The notes beneath the pieces were generated by a model. That model was given only the letters and a program-made list of their open reading frames with translations, ran no database searches and had not been told where the DNA came from. A program made the position numbers and the translations under genes. A stretch of 64,000 nucleotides of DNA from Thermotoga sp. (GTDB lineage: Bacteria; Thermotogota; Thermotogae; Mesoaciditogales; Mesoaciditogaceae), in the NCBI GenBank assembly GCA_020722015.1, contig DYLQ01000005.1, positions 8,453 to 72,452 of the forward strand, given 5' to 3'. Below, piece after piece: positions 1 to 8,671 of this stretch (position 1 is its first letter; each line of letters opens with the position of its first letter).

Positions 1-429
1 GTGACGGCCATGATCATCTATGTGCCTGTTGCTTATCTGGCAGACAAGCACACAAAAAAACCTTTTGTCGTTATAACTTTTGCATTTTTCACGCTCTTTC
101 CGCTTGTGCTTCTGTTTTCCAGAAGTTTCGAATTCCTTGCCTTGGCTTTCATAATAAGAGGCCTTAAAGAATTCGGTGAGCCGACGAGAAAATCATTGAT
201 AATGGATTTTTCTCCCGAAGGACAGAAAGCAGGCACTTTCGGTGCGTATTATCTCGTAAGAGACGGTATAGTATCCGTGATGGCTTTTCTTGGTGCTTTT
301 TTATGGATTGTTTCACCTTCGGCTAATTTTCTGACGGCTTTTGCATTCGGACTGATCGGGACTGTGCTTTTCTGGATATTCGGAAGATCTGTTCCGAACA
401 ATCAAATTGCCGGTAAGGAGTTATCTTGA
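1..429 (+). CDS. MFS transporter, C-terminal part (truncated by window edge)
   Basis: Several hydrophobic helices; GTFGAYYLVRDG-type MFS loop; open at position 1. Confidence 0.75.
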   Translation: MTAMIIYVPVAYLADKHTKKPFVVITFAFFTLFPLVLLFSRSFEFLALAFIIRGLKEFGEPTRKSLIMDFSPEGQKAGTFGAYYLVRDGIVSVMAFLGAFLWIVSPSANFLTAFAFGLIGTVLFWIFGRSVPNNQIAGKELS

Positions 430-1364
430 AAGTAACAGATGCAGTACAAAAAAGGCGCATACTTTCTCTCGAAATTCTGCCTCCTGACAGAGGTCAGGAA
501 ATAGATGAAATTTTTTCCACGATAGATGAACTTATGAGATTTTCGCCTGCTTTTATAAATATAACGAGGCATGCCTCAGAAACAAGTTACATCGAGTTTG
601 ACGATCGAATAATAAAGGTTCCGAATGTAAAAAAACCCGGGACCGTTGGCGTAAGCGCAGCCATAAAAAATAGATATAACGTTGATGTTGTACCACACGT
701 GCTTTGCATGGGAATGAACAAGTTTGAAATAGAAGACATGCTTATAGATTTGAAATACCTCAATATAGAAAATGTTTTTGTCATAAGAGGAGAAATCGAA
801 AATAAAAGAGAAATCGATCCTGAAAAGGACAATTATCATCACGCCAATGAATTGGTTGAACAAATTTCCAACATGAATAAAGGTGTGTATATATACCCGG
901 TCAATAATCCGAAACCCACGAATTTTTGTATAGGAGTCGCAGGTTATCCGGAGAAACATTATGAGGCTTTGAACTTCGAAGAAGATATGAAAAATTTAAA
1001 GAAAAAAGTCGATGCCGGAGCTAATTACATCATAACACAGATGTTTTTCGATTTCTACGTATACAAAAACTTCGTTGAGAAAGCAAGAGATTACGGAATA
1101 AATATTCCCATAATTCCTGGAATAAAACCAATAGTACAGACTAAATCGATGTTGAAAATACCAAGCACCTTTTTCATCAATATTCCCAACGATCTCGTAG
1201 TGGCCATGCAAGAAGCAAGGACCCCCAAGGAAGAATTCGAAGTCGGTACGAAATACATGGCAAAGCTTGTAAAAGAGTTGTTCGATTACGGAGCTCCCGG
1301 AATACACGTTTTTACGATGGGAAAAGGTAAATCGACAAAAGCATTGCTTGAAAGAATTTTTTGA
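426..1364 (+). CDS. metF: 5,10-methylenetetrahydrofolate reductase
   Basis: SLEILPP, VPHVLC, VAGYPEKH, KKKVDAGANYIITQMFFD, GIHVFTM motifs. Confidence 0.93.
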   Translation: MKVTDAVQKRRILSLEILPPDRGQEIDEIFSTIDELMRFSPAFINITRHASETSYIEFDDRIIKVPNVKKPGTVGVSAAIKNRYNVDVVPHVLCMGMNKFEIEDMLIDLKYLNIENVFVIRGEIENKREIDPEKDNYHHANELVEQISNMNKGVYIYPVNNPKPTNFCIGVAGYPEKHYEALNFEEDMKNLKKKVDAGANYIITQMFFDFYVYKNFVEKARDYGINIPIIPGIKPIVQTKSMLKIPSTFFINIPNDLVVAMQEARTPKEEFEVGTKYMAKLVKELFDYGAPGIHVFTMGKGKSTKALLERIF

Positions 1365-1433
1365 AAGATCCTCTTTTTATTCCCGACTTGATCGGGAATC
1401 TCATCCGAATTTTACATATAACTCAGCATGAAC

Positions 1434-1462
1434 TTGACATCTTTATTTTTAAGTGTTATAAT
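1434..1462 (+). promoter_or_regulatory. sigma70-type promoter of the nucleotide-sugar operon
   Basis: TTGACA(1434-1439)-N17-TATAAT(1457-1462) with TGn extension; ACGGAG SD before GTG 1487. Confidence 0.85.
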
Positions 1463-1486
1463 CATAAAGTAAGTTAATTAACGGAG

Positions 1487-2617
1487 GTGAGAATTGTGAA
1501 GATTCCTCTTTTCGATCTGACAAGACAGTACAAGAGTATGCGTGAAGAAATGCTGAAAAAAATAGACGAGACGATATCAAGCGGGGTCGTCATATTGGGT
1601 CAGAACGTGGAAGAAATAGAAGAAAAAGTGGCAAATTACGTTGGAACGAATTACGCCGTAGCGGTTGGTAATGGAAGCGATGCCTTACTTTTGGCCCTAC
1701 AATCGATGGGGATAAAGCAGGGGGATCATGTTCTCACCACACCTTACACTTTTTTCGCAACCGCAAGTGCCATAACAAGACTTGGAGCTGTTCCAATTTT
1801 TGTGGATGTGAATGAGGATTTCAACATAAATGTCGATCTTGTAAAAAAACAAATAGAATCGGATAATTTGATAAAAGCCGTCATACCTGTTCATCTTTTC
1901 GGGAAAAGTGTCAACATGGATGATCTTAAAGCAGTTTGTGATAAGTATGATGTTAAGATACTCGAAGATGCTGCTCAATCAATAGGTTCAGAAGCGATCG
2001 TTGACGGCCGAAAATTTAAAACGGGCTCTATCGGAGATGCAGGTATTCTTTCTTTTTTCCCGACAAAAAATCTCGGCGCTTACGGGGATGCAGGAATGGT
2101 ACTTACCGATTCCGAAGAAATAGCCCAAAAAGTTAAATCTTTAAGGGTACACGGTGCACGTCAGAAGTACGTTCATGAAGAGATTGGATACAATTCCCGA
2201 ATGGATGAGATTCAGGCTGCGATATTGAATGTAAAAATTCCTCATCTTGACGAATGGATAGATGCGAGAATCAAAATTGCAAAAAAATATTCCAATCTTC
2301 TCGGCAATTTTGTAAAATGCCCGGAAGTGCCTGGAGACAGAACATACGTTTTTCATCAATACGTGATAAGGACTGAAAGCCGCGATGATTTAAGAGAATA
2401 TCTGACAAACGAAGGCATTGGCACGGCCATATATTATCCGATTCCTTTGCATCTTCAAAAATGTTTTTCATTTCTTGGATATAAAAAGGGAGATTTCCCG
2501 GTTGCCGAAAAACTTTCTCGAGAATCTCTCGCCATTCCGATCTTTCCAGAAATTAAACCTGATGAGCAAGATTACGTTGTCAATAAAATAAAATCTTACA
2601 TGGAGGTAAGATCATGA
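1487..2617 (+). CDS. DegT/DnrJ/EryC1/StrS PLP sugar aminotransferase (WbpE-like)
   Basis: GNGSDAL, EDAAQSIG, SFFPTKNLGAYGDAG, GYNSRMDEIQAA. Confidence 0.92.
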   Translation: MRIVKIPLFDLTRQYKSMREEMLKKIDETISSGVVILGQNVEEIEEKVANYVGTNYAVAVGNGSDALLLALQSMGIKQGDHVLTTPYTFFATASAITRLGAVPIFVDVNEDFNINVDLVKKQIESDNLIKAVIPVHLFGKSVNMDDLKAVCDKYDVKILEDAAQSIGSEAIVDGRKFKTGSIGDAGILSFFPTKNLGAYGDAGMVLTDSEEIAQKVKSLRVHGARQKYVHEEIGYNSRMDEIQAAILNVKIPHLDEWIDARIKIAKKYSNLLGNFVKCPEVPGDRTYVFHQYVIRTESRDDLREYLTNEGIGTAIYYPIPLHLQKCFSFLGYKKGDFPVAEKLSRESLAIPIFPEIKPDEQDYVVNKIKSYMEVRS

Positions 2618-3927
2618 CTTTATTTGAAAAGATAACTTCAAAAAAGGCAACAGTCGGTGTGATTGGCCTTGGTTACGTTGGATTGCCGTTGGCAGTTGAA
2701 AAGGCCAAAGCGGGTTTCAACGTCGTTGGCTTTGATATTCAAAAAAGCAAAGTTGATATGGTAAATGCTGGTCACAATTACATAGGCGATATCGTGGATT
2801 CAGATCTCGAAAAACTCGTTAAGAATAAGAAATTAAGGGCAACAAATGACTTTGATGAGATAAAAAATTGCGACGTTGTTACCATTTGCGTTCCGACTCC
2901 TCTTGATAAATTCAAACAACCGGATCTGACATACATAATCGACAGCACAAAAGAAATTAAGCCGCGTCTTCACAAGGGAATGCTTGTTACGCTTGAATCC
3001 ACAACATATCCGGGTACTACAAATGAAGTTGTGCTTCCGATACTTGAGGAAACCGGTTTGAGAGTCGGAAAAGATTTTTACCTTGCTTTCAGTCCGGAAA
3101 GGGTCGATCCCGGAAATTTGATTTACAAAACGAAAAATACTCCTAAAATAGTTGGCGGTGTAACCCAAGAGTGCACAAAACATGCAAAAGCCATGTATGA
3201 AGCCATATTGGAAGCACCTGTTAAGATTGTGTCTTCTCCGAGAGAAGCTGAAATGGCTAAAATACTTGAAAATACTTTTAGAATAGTCAACATAGCCCTT
3301 GCAAATGAAATGGCACTCGTCTCGAATAGAATGGGAATAAATTACTGGGAAGTCGTAGATGCGGCCGCAACAAAGCCGTTTGGATTCATGCCATTTTATC
3401 CCGGTCCAGGCGTCGGAGGACATTGTATACCGATAGATCCGTTTTATCTTACTTACAAAGCAAGAGAATACGATTATCACACGAGGCTCATAGAACTTGC
3501 CGGAGAGATAAACGATTCTATGTCTGAGTATGTCGTCGAAAGGTTTTCCGATCTTTTAAACAAGAAGAAAAAATGTTTAAACGGTTCTAAAATTCTAATT
3601 ATGGGAGTTGCTTACAAAGGTGATATCGATGACATAAGAGAATCGCCAGCACTCAAGGTTATCGAGCATCTCGAGAAAAAGGGTGCTATCGTGGTTTATC
3701 ATGATCCATACATTCCGCAGTTTACTCATAACGATAAAACTTACAAAAGTGTTGAAATTACGAAGGACCTTTTGAGTTCTGTCGATGGGGTATTGATAAC
3801 GACGGCACATAAAAAACACGTTGATTATAAATTTTTGCTCGACAACGCGCCTCTCGTTTTTGACACGAAAAATGTCACGAAGGAATTATCCGCCGAGCAT
3901 AAATATCTTAATATTGAGGTGATTTGA
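2614..3927 (+). CDS. UDP-N-acetylglucosamine 6-dehydrogenase (WbpA/WecC-like)
   Basis: GLGYVGLP, ICVPTP, ESTTYPGTT, FSPER, GGHCIPIDP, GVAYKGDIDDIRESPA. Confidence 0.92.
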   Translation: MTLFEKITSKKATVGVIGLGYVGLPLAVEKAKAGFNVVGFDIQKSKVDMVNAGHNYIGDIVDSDLEKLVKNKKLRATNDFDEIKNCDVVTICVPTPLDKFKQPDLTYIIDSTKEIKPRLHKGMLVTLESTTYPGTTNEVVLPILEETGLRVGKDFYLAFSPERVDPGNLIYKTKNTPKIVGGVTQECTKHAKAMYEAILEAPVKIVSSPREAEMAKILENTFRIVNIALANEMALVSNRMGINYWEVVDAAATKPFGFMPFYPGPGVGGHCIPIDPFYLTYKAREYDYHTRLIELAGEINDSMSEYVVERFSDLLNKKKKCLNGSKILIMGVAYKGDIDDIRESPALKVIEHLEKKGAIVVYHDPYIPQFTHNDKTYKSVEITKDLLSSVDGVLITTAHKKHVDYKFLLDNAPLVFDTKNVTKELSAEHKYLNIEVI

Positions 3928-5003
3928 TGAAATTAAAGGCCGGGCTTATAGGTTGTGGAAGAATAGGAACGCAAAAACATCTTGAATCTGCCATAAAAAA
4001 TTCGGATATCTTTGAGTTTAGCTCCGTTTGCGATCCAATAAAAGAAAGGGCCGAAAATGCTGCCCTGATACTCGAAAAAGCGGGACTGAAGAGGCCCGAG
4101 ATTTATACTGATCATAAAAAGATGCTTGAAAAAAAATTAGATTTTGTTGCCATAGCGACGGAATCGGGTAAGCACAAAGATATAACGATCGATGCTTTGA
4201 GATCGGGGAAGCACGTGCTTGTTGAAAAACCCATGGCGCTGTCTACAAAAGATGCCAAAGATATGTGTGATACGGCCAAAGAGATGAAATTGAACTTTGC
4301 GGTGTGTTTCCAAAACAGATTTAATCCAGCAGTTCAGGAGTTGAGAAAGAAAATAGAATCTAACGCTTTCGGGAAAATCTTTCACGCTCATATAGCGGTT
4401 AGATGGAATAGAAACAAGGCTTACTACGATCAAGCTCCATGGCGTGGCACATGGGCCATGGACGGCGGTGTGCTTTCGAATCAATCGACCCACGGCATCG
4501 ATTTACTCCAGTGGATGCTCGGTGGAGAGATGAAAGAAGTTTACGGTTATATAACCAATCTTAACCATTCTTACATAGAGGCTGAAGATCTTGGAACAGG
4601 CATAGTTAAATTTTCAAACGGTTCGGTTGGTATTATCGAGGGTACATCAAATGTTTATCCGAAAAATCTTGAAGAGGTTTTTTCGATTTTCGGTGAACAC
4701 GGTACCGTCGTGATAGGTGGTTTGGCCACAAATAGAATTTTGACATGGAGATTTGAAAACGAAGACAAACATCCATTCATGGATTTACCTGATCCTGAAA
4801 CGGTTTACGGTTCAGGACATGTTCCGCTTTACAGAGATTTCGTTGATTCTATAAAAAATGGACATCCTCCTTACATTACCGGTGAAGAGGGAATGAAGGC
4901 ACTTGAGATAATACTCGGTATCTATCAATCCTCTCTTTATGGGCGACCGGTACAATTCCCCATTGATTTTTCAACATCTTCTATGTTCCCCCTTCGAAAG
5001 TGA
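3924..5003 (+). CDS. Gfo/Idh/MocA oxidoreductase (WbpB-like)
   Basis: GCGRIG, HVLVEKPMA, QNRFNP, WRGTWAMDGGVLSNQSTHGID. Confidence 0.88.
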   Translation: MMKLKAGLIGCGRIGTQKHLESAIKNSDIFEFSSVCDPIKERAENAALILEKAGLKRPEIYTDHKKMLEKKLDFVAIATESGKHKDITIDALRSGKHVLVEKPMALSTKDAKDMCDTAKEMKLNFAVCFQNRFNPAVQELRKKIESNAFGKIFHAHIAVRWNRNKAYYDQAPWRGTWAMDGGVLSNQSTHGIDLLQWMLGGEMKEVYGYITNLNHSYIEAEDLGTGIVKFSNGSVGIIEGTSNVYPKNLEEVFSIFGEHGTVVIGGLATNRILTWRFENEDKHPFMDLPDPETVYGSGHVPLYRDFVDSIKNGHPPYITGEEGMKALEIILGIYQSSLYGRPVQFPIDFSTSSMFPLRK

Positions 5004-5031
5004 GAAGCACGGAATTCCGTGCTTCTTTTTT
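5003..5031 (+). terminator. intrinsic terminator
   Basis: AGAAGCACGG-aatt-CCGTGCTTCT perfect stem followed by a T tract. Confidence 0.9.
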
Positions 5032-5313
5032 GATCAAAACATAATCGTATAGAATGACAGCGCAAATAAGTTTTTTATATATATTGTGTTTATAATATGT
5101 TTTGTTGTAATTACATTCATCACTTTTGTTAATTATTTGATCCGTTCGTTCTATCCCTTGTGGAACAGTCATTTCCGTCATTTCGCTCCAAAATCACCAC
5201 ATTTTCACTTTTGGACATGCTTTGGTATAAAACACTCACCCACATTTTTTATACCCCTTAAATCGTTGATCTTGAAGATGGATGATTTTCTTACATAATG
5301 CACATTTAAGTTA

Positions 5314-5464
5314 TATACTTAATCAAGTTTAAAAATGAAGTCATTTGACTTCAGCAAATGCCTTTCGGTGTCTGGTCCTCGCTTCGCTGCGGAGGCCACC
5401 TGCAAGGCAATTTGCTCTCCGTCAAATTTAATTATATTTCGATTCTGAAAAAGATTTAGTATAC
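5314..5464. repeat. ~150-bp TATA-bounded palindromic interspersed element, copy A (putative MITE)
   Basis: Reverse complement of copies at 35518 and 40471 with 2 substitutions in the ~94-bp core; ends TATACTTAA... and ...TTTAGTATA. Confidence 0.9.
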
Positions 5465-5509
5465 TTAATCAACTTTAAAAGTTAAGCCAATTCTGTTATA
5501 ATCTGCAAG

Positions 5510-6619
5510 ATGGATAAAAATTTTGATCTTATGGCTTTAACAGCCTTTGGCATTGAAAGTGTCACGAAGATGGAGTTGCAAAAACTTGGGTATGAAACGA
5601 AAGTTGAGGATGGTCGTGTAAACTTTCGCGGCAATTTCGAAGACATAGTACGTTCCAATTTATGGCTAAGGACGGCAAATCGCGTTATGATAAAAGTTGG
5701 AAGTTTTGATGCACGGGATTTCAATACGCTCTTTGATAAGACGTTTGATATCGATTGGGATTATTTTCTTACAAATGACGCAAAATTTCCCATCGAAGTT
5801 TCGTCCGTCAAATCAACGCTTTCGAGTGAACCTGCTTGTCAGTCGATAATAAAGAAAGCCATTGTTGAAAAACTTAAAAAGCGCTATCATGTTGAAATGT
5901 TTCCTGAAGACGGTGCGCTTTACAGGATAAAAGTTTATATACTCAAAGATCACGTTACAATTGGAATCGACACAACCGGTGATAGTTTAAACAGAAGAGG
6001 CTATAGAACTGAAATATCAGAGGCTCCTTTGAAAGAAACGATGGCAGCCGCAATCGTCATGCTGAGTAAATGGAATGGCGATTTGCCGCTTTGGGATGGC
6101 TTCTGTGGTTCTGGTACAATTCCCATCGAAGCCATGATGATGGCCAAAAGAATCGCTCCAGGGATTTTGCGTAAGTTTGCCTATGAGAAATGGAGAAATT
6201 TTCCAAACGACATCATTGCTGATGAAAGGAAAGAGGCAAAAAAGGCCATATCGGAGTCTAATGTAAAAATAATCGGATCAGATGTGGATAACAGAATTAT
6301 AAATTCTGCTGTAAGAAATGCTGGAAGAATGGGCCTTGAAAGGTATATAGATTTTCGCGTTTCGAGCGTTGAAAAATTCACACCCGAAGGTTCAAGAGGA
6401 TTTTTCATATCTAATCTTCCGTACGGCAAAAGAATGGAAATTGATGCGAACATTTACGAGGTGCTAAAAGATAAATTTGATCATCTCAATGGATGGAAAT
6501 TTTTCTTTCTGACGGCAGATAAAGATTTCGAGAGATCCTTTTTGAGAGCTGATGGTAACAGAAAGATGTTCAACGGAAGAATAGAAGTCAGACTTTACAA
6601 ATACGAAAGGAGAGGTTAA
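5510..6619 (+). CDS. THUMP-domain class I SAM-dependent RNA methyltransferase (RlmL/YpsC-like)
   Basis: NLWLRTANRV, DTTGDSLNRRGYR, APLKETMAAA, DGFCGSGTIPIEA, SNLPYG. Confidence 0.9.
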   Translation: MDKNFDLMALTAFGIESVTKMELQKLGYETKVEDGRVNFRGNFEDIVRSNLWLRTANRVMIKVGSFDARDFNTLFDKTFDIDWDYFLTNDAKFPIEVSSVKSTLSSEPACQSIIKKAIVEKLKKRYHVEMFPEDGALYRIKVYILKDHVTIGIDTTGDSLNRRGYRTEISEAPLKETMAAAIVMLSKWNGDLPLWDGFCGSGTIPIEAMMMAKRIAPGILRKFAYEKWRNFPNDIIADERKEAKKAISESNVKIIGSDVDNRIINSAVRNAGRMGLERYIDFRVSSVEKFTPEGSRGFFISNLPYGKRMEIDANIYEVLKDKFDHLNGWKFFFLTADKDFERSFLRADGNRKMFNGRIEVRLYKYERRG

Positions 6620-6621
6620 AA

Positions 6622-7542
6622 TTGATCTTCACACTGACTATGAATCCAAGTCTTGATAGGTATCTTTACATCGATGAGTTAATTCCGGATGATTCCATAA
6701 GGGTAAAAGAGACACAGGAATACGCCGCCGGAAAAGGTATAGATGTTTCACGCGTTATAAAAGAAATAGGCGGAACATCGATAGCAATATGTCCTTTGGG
6801 AGGATCGAATGGCGAAAGAATGGAATTCATGTTGGATAACGAAAGGGTACTTTATGCCGCGGTAAGGATAAAACATGAAACAAGAATGAACATCATAGTC
6901 CAAAGTCGCAAAAACCAATACAGACTTAATTTGCCGGGTAAAGCTTTGAGTGAAAGCGAATATGAAATGGTAATAGACATGCTCAAAACGATTTTAAGAA
7001 AGGGAGATACGCTTGTCGCATCTGGAAGCTTGCCACCAGGATTACGTCCGTCTGTTTACGGTGATATTGTCAAAATCGCAAAGTCAAAAGACGTAAGAGT
7101 TTACGTGGATACAGACGGAGATAACCTAAAAGAAGCCGTCAAGGAAGGACCATTTGGAATAAAGCCAAACATTCATGAATTATCGCGCCTTATCGGTAAA
7201 GAAATCAAAATAGAAGGAGTCGAAAAGGCCGCTGAGGATGTCGCAAAAAAATATGGAATTTCAAACGTGCTTGTTACCCTTGGCGGAGACGGCTCCATAT
7301 CGTTGATAGAAGGCCATATTTACAGCATGAAACCGATAAAGGTCAAAGTCAAGGGAGGCGTCGGCGCGGGTGATTCATTTTTGGCGGGTTTTGTATCTAA
7401 AAGAGATGAATCAATAGAAGATGCACTTAGATTGGCAAGCGCATGCGGAGCGGCTGCGGTTATGAATGAGGGAACAACGCTTTCAAAGAAGGCCGATGTT
7501 GATAGGTTAATAAAAGAAGTGGAGCTCGTCAAGATAAAATAA
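6622..7542 (+). CDS. 1-phosphofructokinase family hexose kinase (PfkB)
   Basis: TLTMNPSLD, AGKGIDVSR, SGSLPPG, IKPNIHEL, VGAGDSFLAG. Confidence 0.9.
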   Translation: MIFTLTMNPSLDRYLYIDELIPDDSIRVKETQEYAAGKGIDVSRVIKEIGGTSIAICPLGGSNGERMEFMLDNERVLYAAVRIKHETRMNIIVQSRKNQYRLNLPGKALSESEYEMVIDMLKTILRKGDTLVASGSLPPGLRPSVYGDIVKIAKSKDVRVYVDTDGDNLKEAVKEGPFGIKPNIHELSRLIGKEIKIEGVEKAAEDVAKKYGISNVLVTLGGDGSISLIEGHIYSMKPIKVKVKGGVGAGDSFLAGFVSKRDESIEDALRLASACGAAAVMNEGTTLSKKADVDRLIKEVELVKIK

Positions 7543-8633
7543 TGTTAAAACAAATTGCGTCAAAAATATCTCATGAATGGCTTTTTTTGATCTCGGTTTT
7601 GTTTGCGATTCTCACGATAATCGTCGTGAGAAAGAATCCTATCACTTTTATAGGATCAGATCAGATTAGAGTACTCTGGATATTGTTCATCATGATGATC
7701 ATAAATTCAGGGTTGAAAGAGAAAGGTGTTCTCGATTACTGGGGCATTCATTTGATATCAAGATCAAAAGATATACGTATGGTTTCCGTTTTACTTTTGA
7801 TTTTGACCGCTGTACTTGCTCCGCTTGTGACAAATGATGTAACCTTACTCGTCATAGTGCCTCTTACGATAAGCATCGCAAAAAGATCTGATTTCGATCC
7901 CCTTTGGCTTGTAATTCTTGAATCAGTCGTAGCAAATGGAATGAGTTCTTTCACGCCTTTTGGGAACCCTCAAAATATTTACATTTACACCCATTACCAA
8001 TCCCCAACGATAGAGTTCATGCTTTACGTTGCATTATTTTCAATTCTTTCGCTTTTGATTGCCTTGATCACCATTTTTTTCGTAAAAAATAAACCTGTAA
8101 GTCGCGTTTCGAGGATTGTAACGCTTAAAAAACAATGGTGGATGTACTTGTTGCTACTTTTTCTTATGATAGCGTCTATACTGAGATTTGGAGATATCTT
8201 CGTGATAGGAGGTTTTATACTCGCATACGTTATCTTATCAGATAGAAGATTACTTTTCGACGTTGACTATTTTCTACTTGGGACATTTATCGCGTTTTTT
8301 GTTTTATCCGGAGAAATATCCTCTATGTCATGGCTTCAGAATTTACCTGCTTTTTTGAACAACGGAAAAAATGTGTTTTTAACATCGGCATTGCTTTCTC
8401 AAATTATAAGCAACGTACCATCGGCCATCGTTGTTTCAGCTTTTACGAGTCTTTGGAAACCGCTGCTTTTAGGGGTAAGCGTCGGAGGATTTGGAACTTT
8501 GGTCGGATCTTTGGCAAACATAATAGCCTTTTCTATATACAAAAAAGATTTCAAATCCAATTACCTTAAGTATTTTCATCTTTATTCGATACCTTTGTTT
8601 TTGGGAATGCTTGCTTTGTTTTCCTTTGTATGA
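7542..8633 (+). CDS. SLC13/ArsB/CitM-like anion permease (YbiR-like)
   Basis: Polytopic; VTNDVTL, TPFGNPQN, SQIISNVPSA, GTLVGSLAN. Confidence 0.85.
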   Translation: MLKQIASKISHEWLFLISVLFAILTIIVVRKNPITFIGSDQIRVLWILFIMMIINSGLKEKGVLDYWGIHLISRSKDIRMVSVLLLILTAVLAPLVTNDVTLLVIVPLTISIAKRSDFDPLWLVILESVVANGMSSFTPFGNPQNIYIYTHYQSPTIEFMLYVALFSILSLLIALITIFFVKNKPVSRVSRIVTLKKQWWMYLLLLFLMIASILRFGDIFVIGGFILAYVILSDRRLLFDVDYFLLGTFIAFFVLSGEISSMSWLQNLPAFLNNGKNVFLTSALLSQIISNVPSAIVVSAFTSLWKPLLLGVSVGGFGTLVGSLANIIAFSIYKKDFKSNYLKYFHLYSIPLFLGMLALFSFV

Positions 8634-8634
8634 C

Positions 8635-8660
8635 AAAAAGCCGGGTCTTTCGACCCGGTC
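8635..8660. terminator. terminator between convergent genes
   Basis: AAAAAG-CCGGGTC-tttc-GACCCGG; U tract on the minus strand. Confidence 0.75.
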
Positions 8661-8671
8661 ATTCGTTTCTT

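Noticed and set aside
5190-5250. Possible DnaA boxes/oriC in the AT-rich spacer
   Set aside because: Only two weak matches and no dnaA/dnaN context
5086-5298. 70-aa ORF and the many other short antisense ORFs in the track
   Set aside because: No SD or recognisable motifs; most lie opposite well-supported genes
5314-5464. The repeats as a CRISPR array, integron attC sites or a dif site
   Set aside because: Copies are dispersed in both orientations with no repeat-spacer periodicity, no cas or integrase genes, and no GTTRRRY/RYYYAAC or Xer-type consensus
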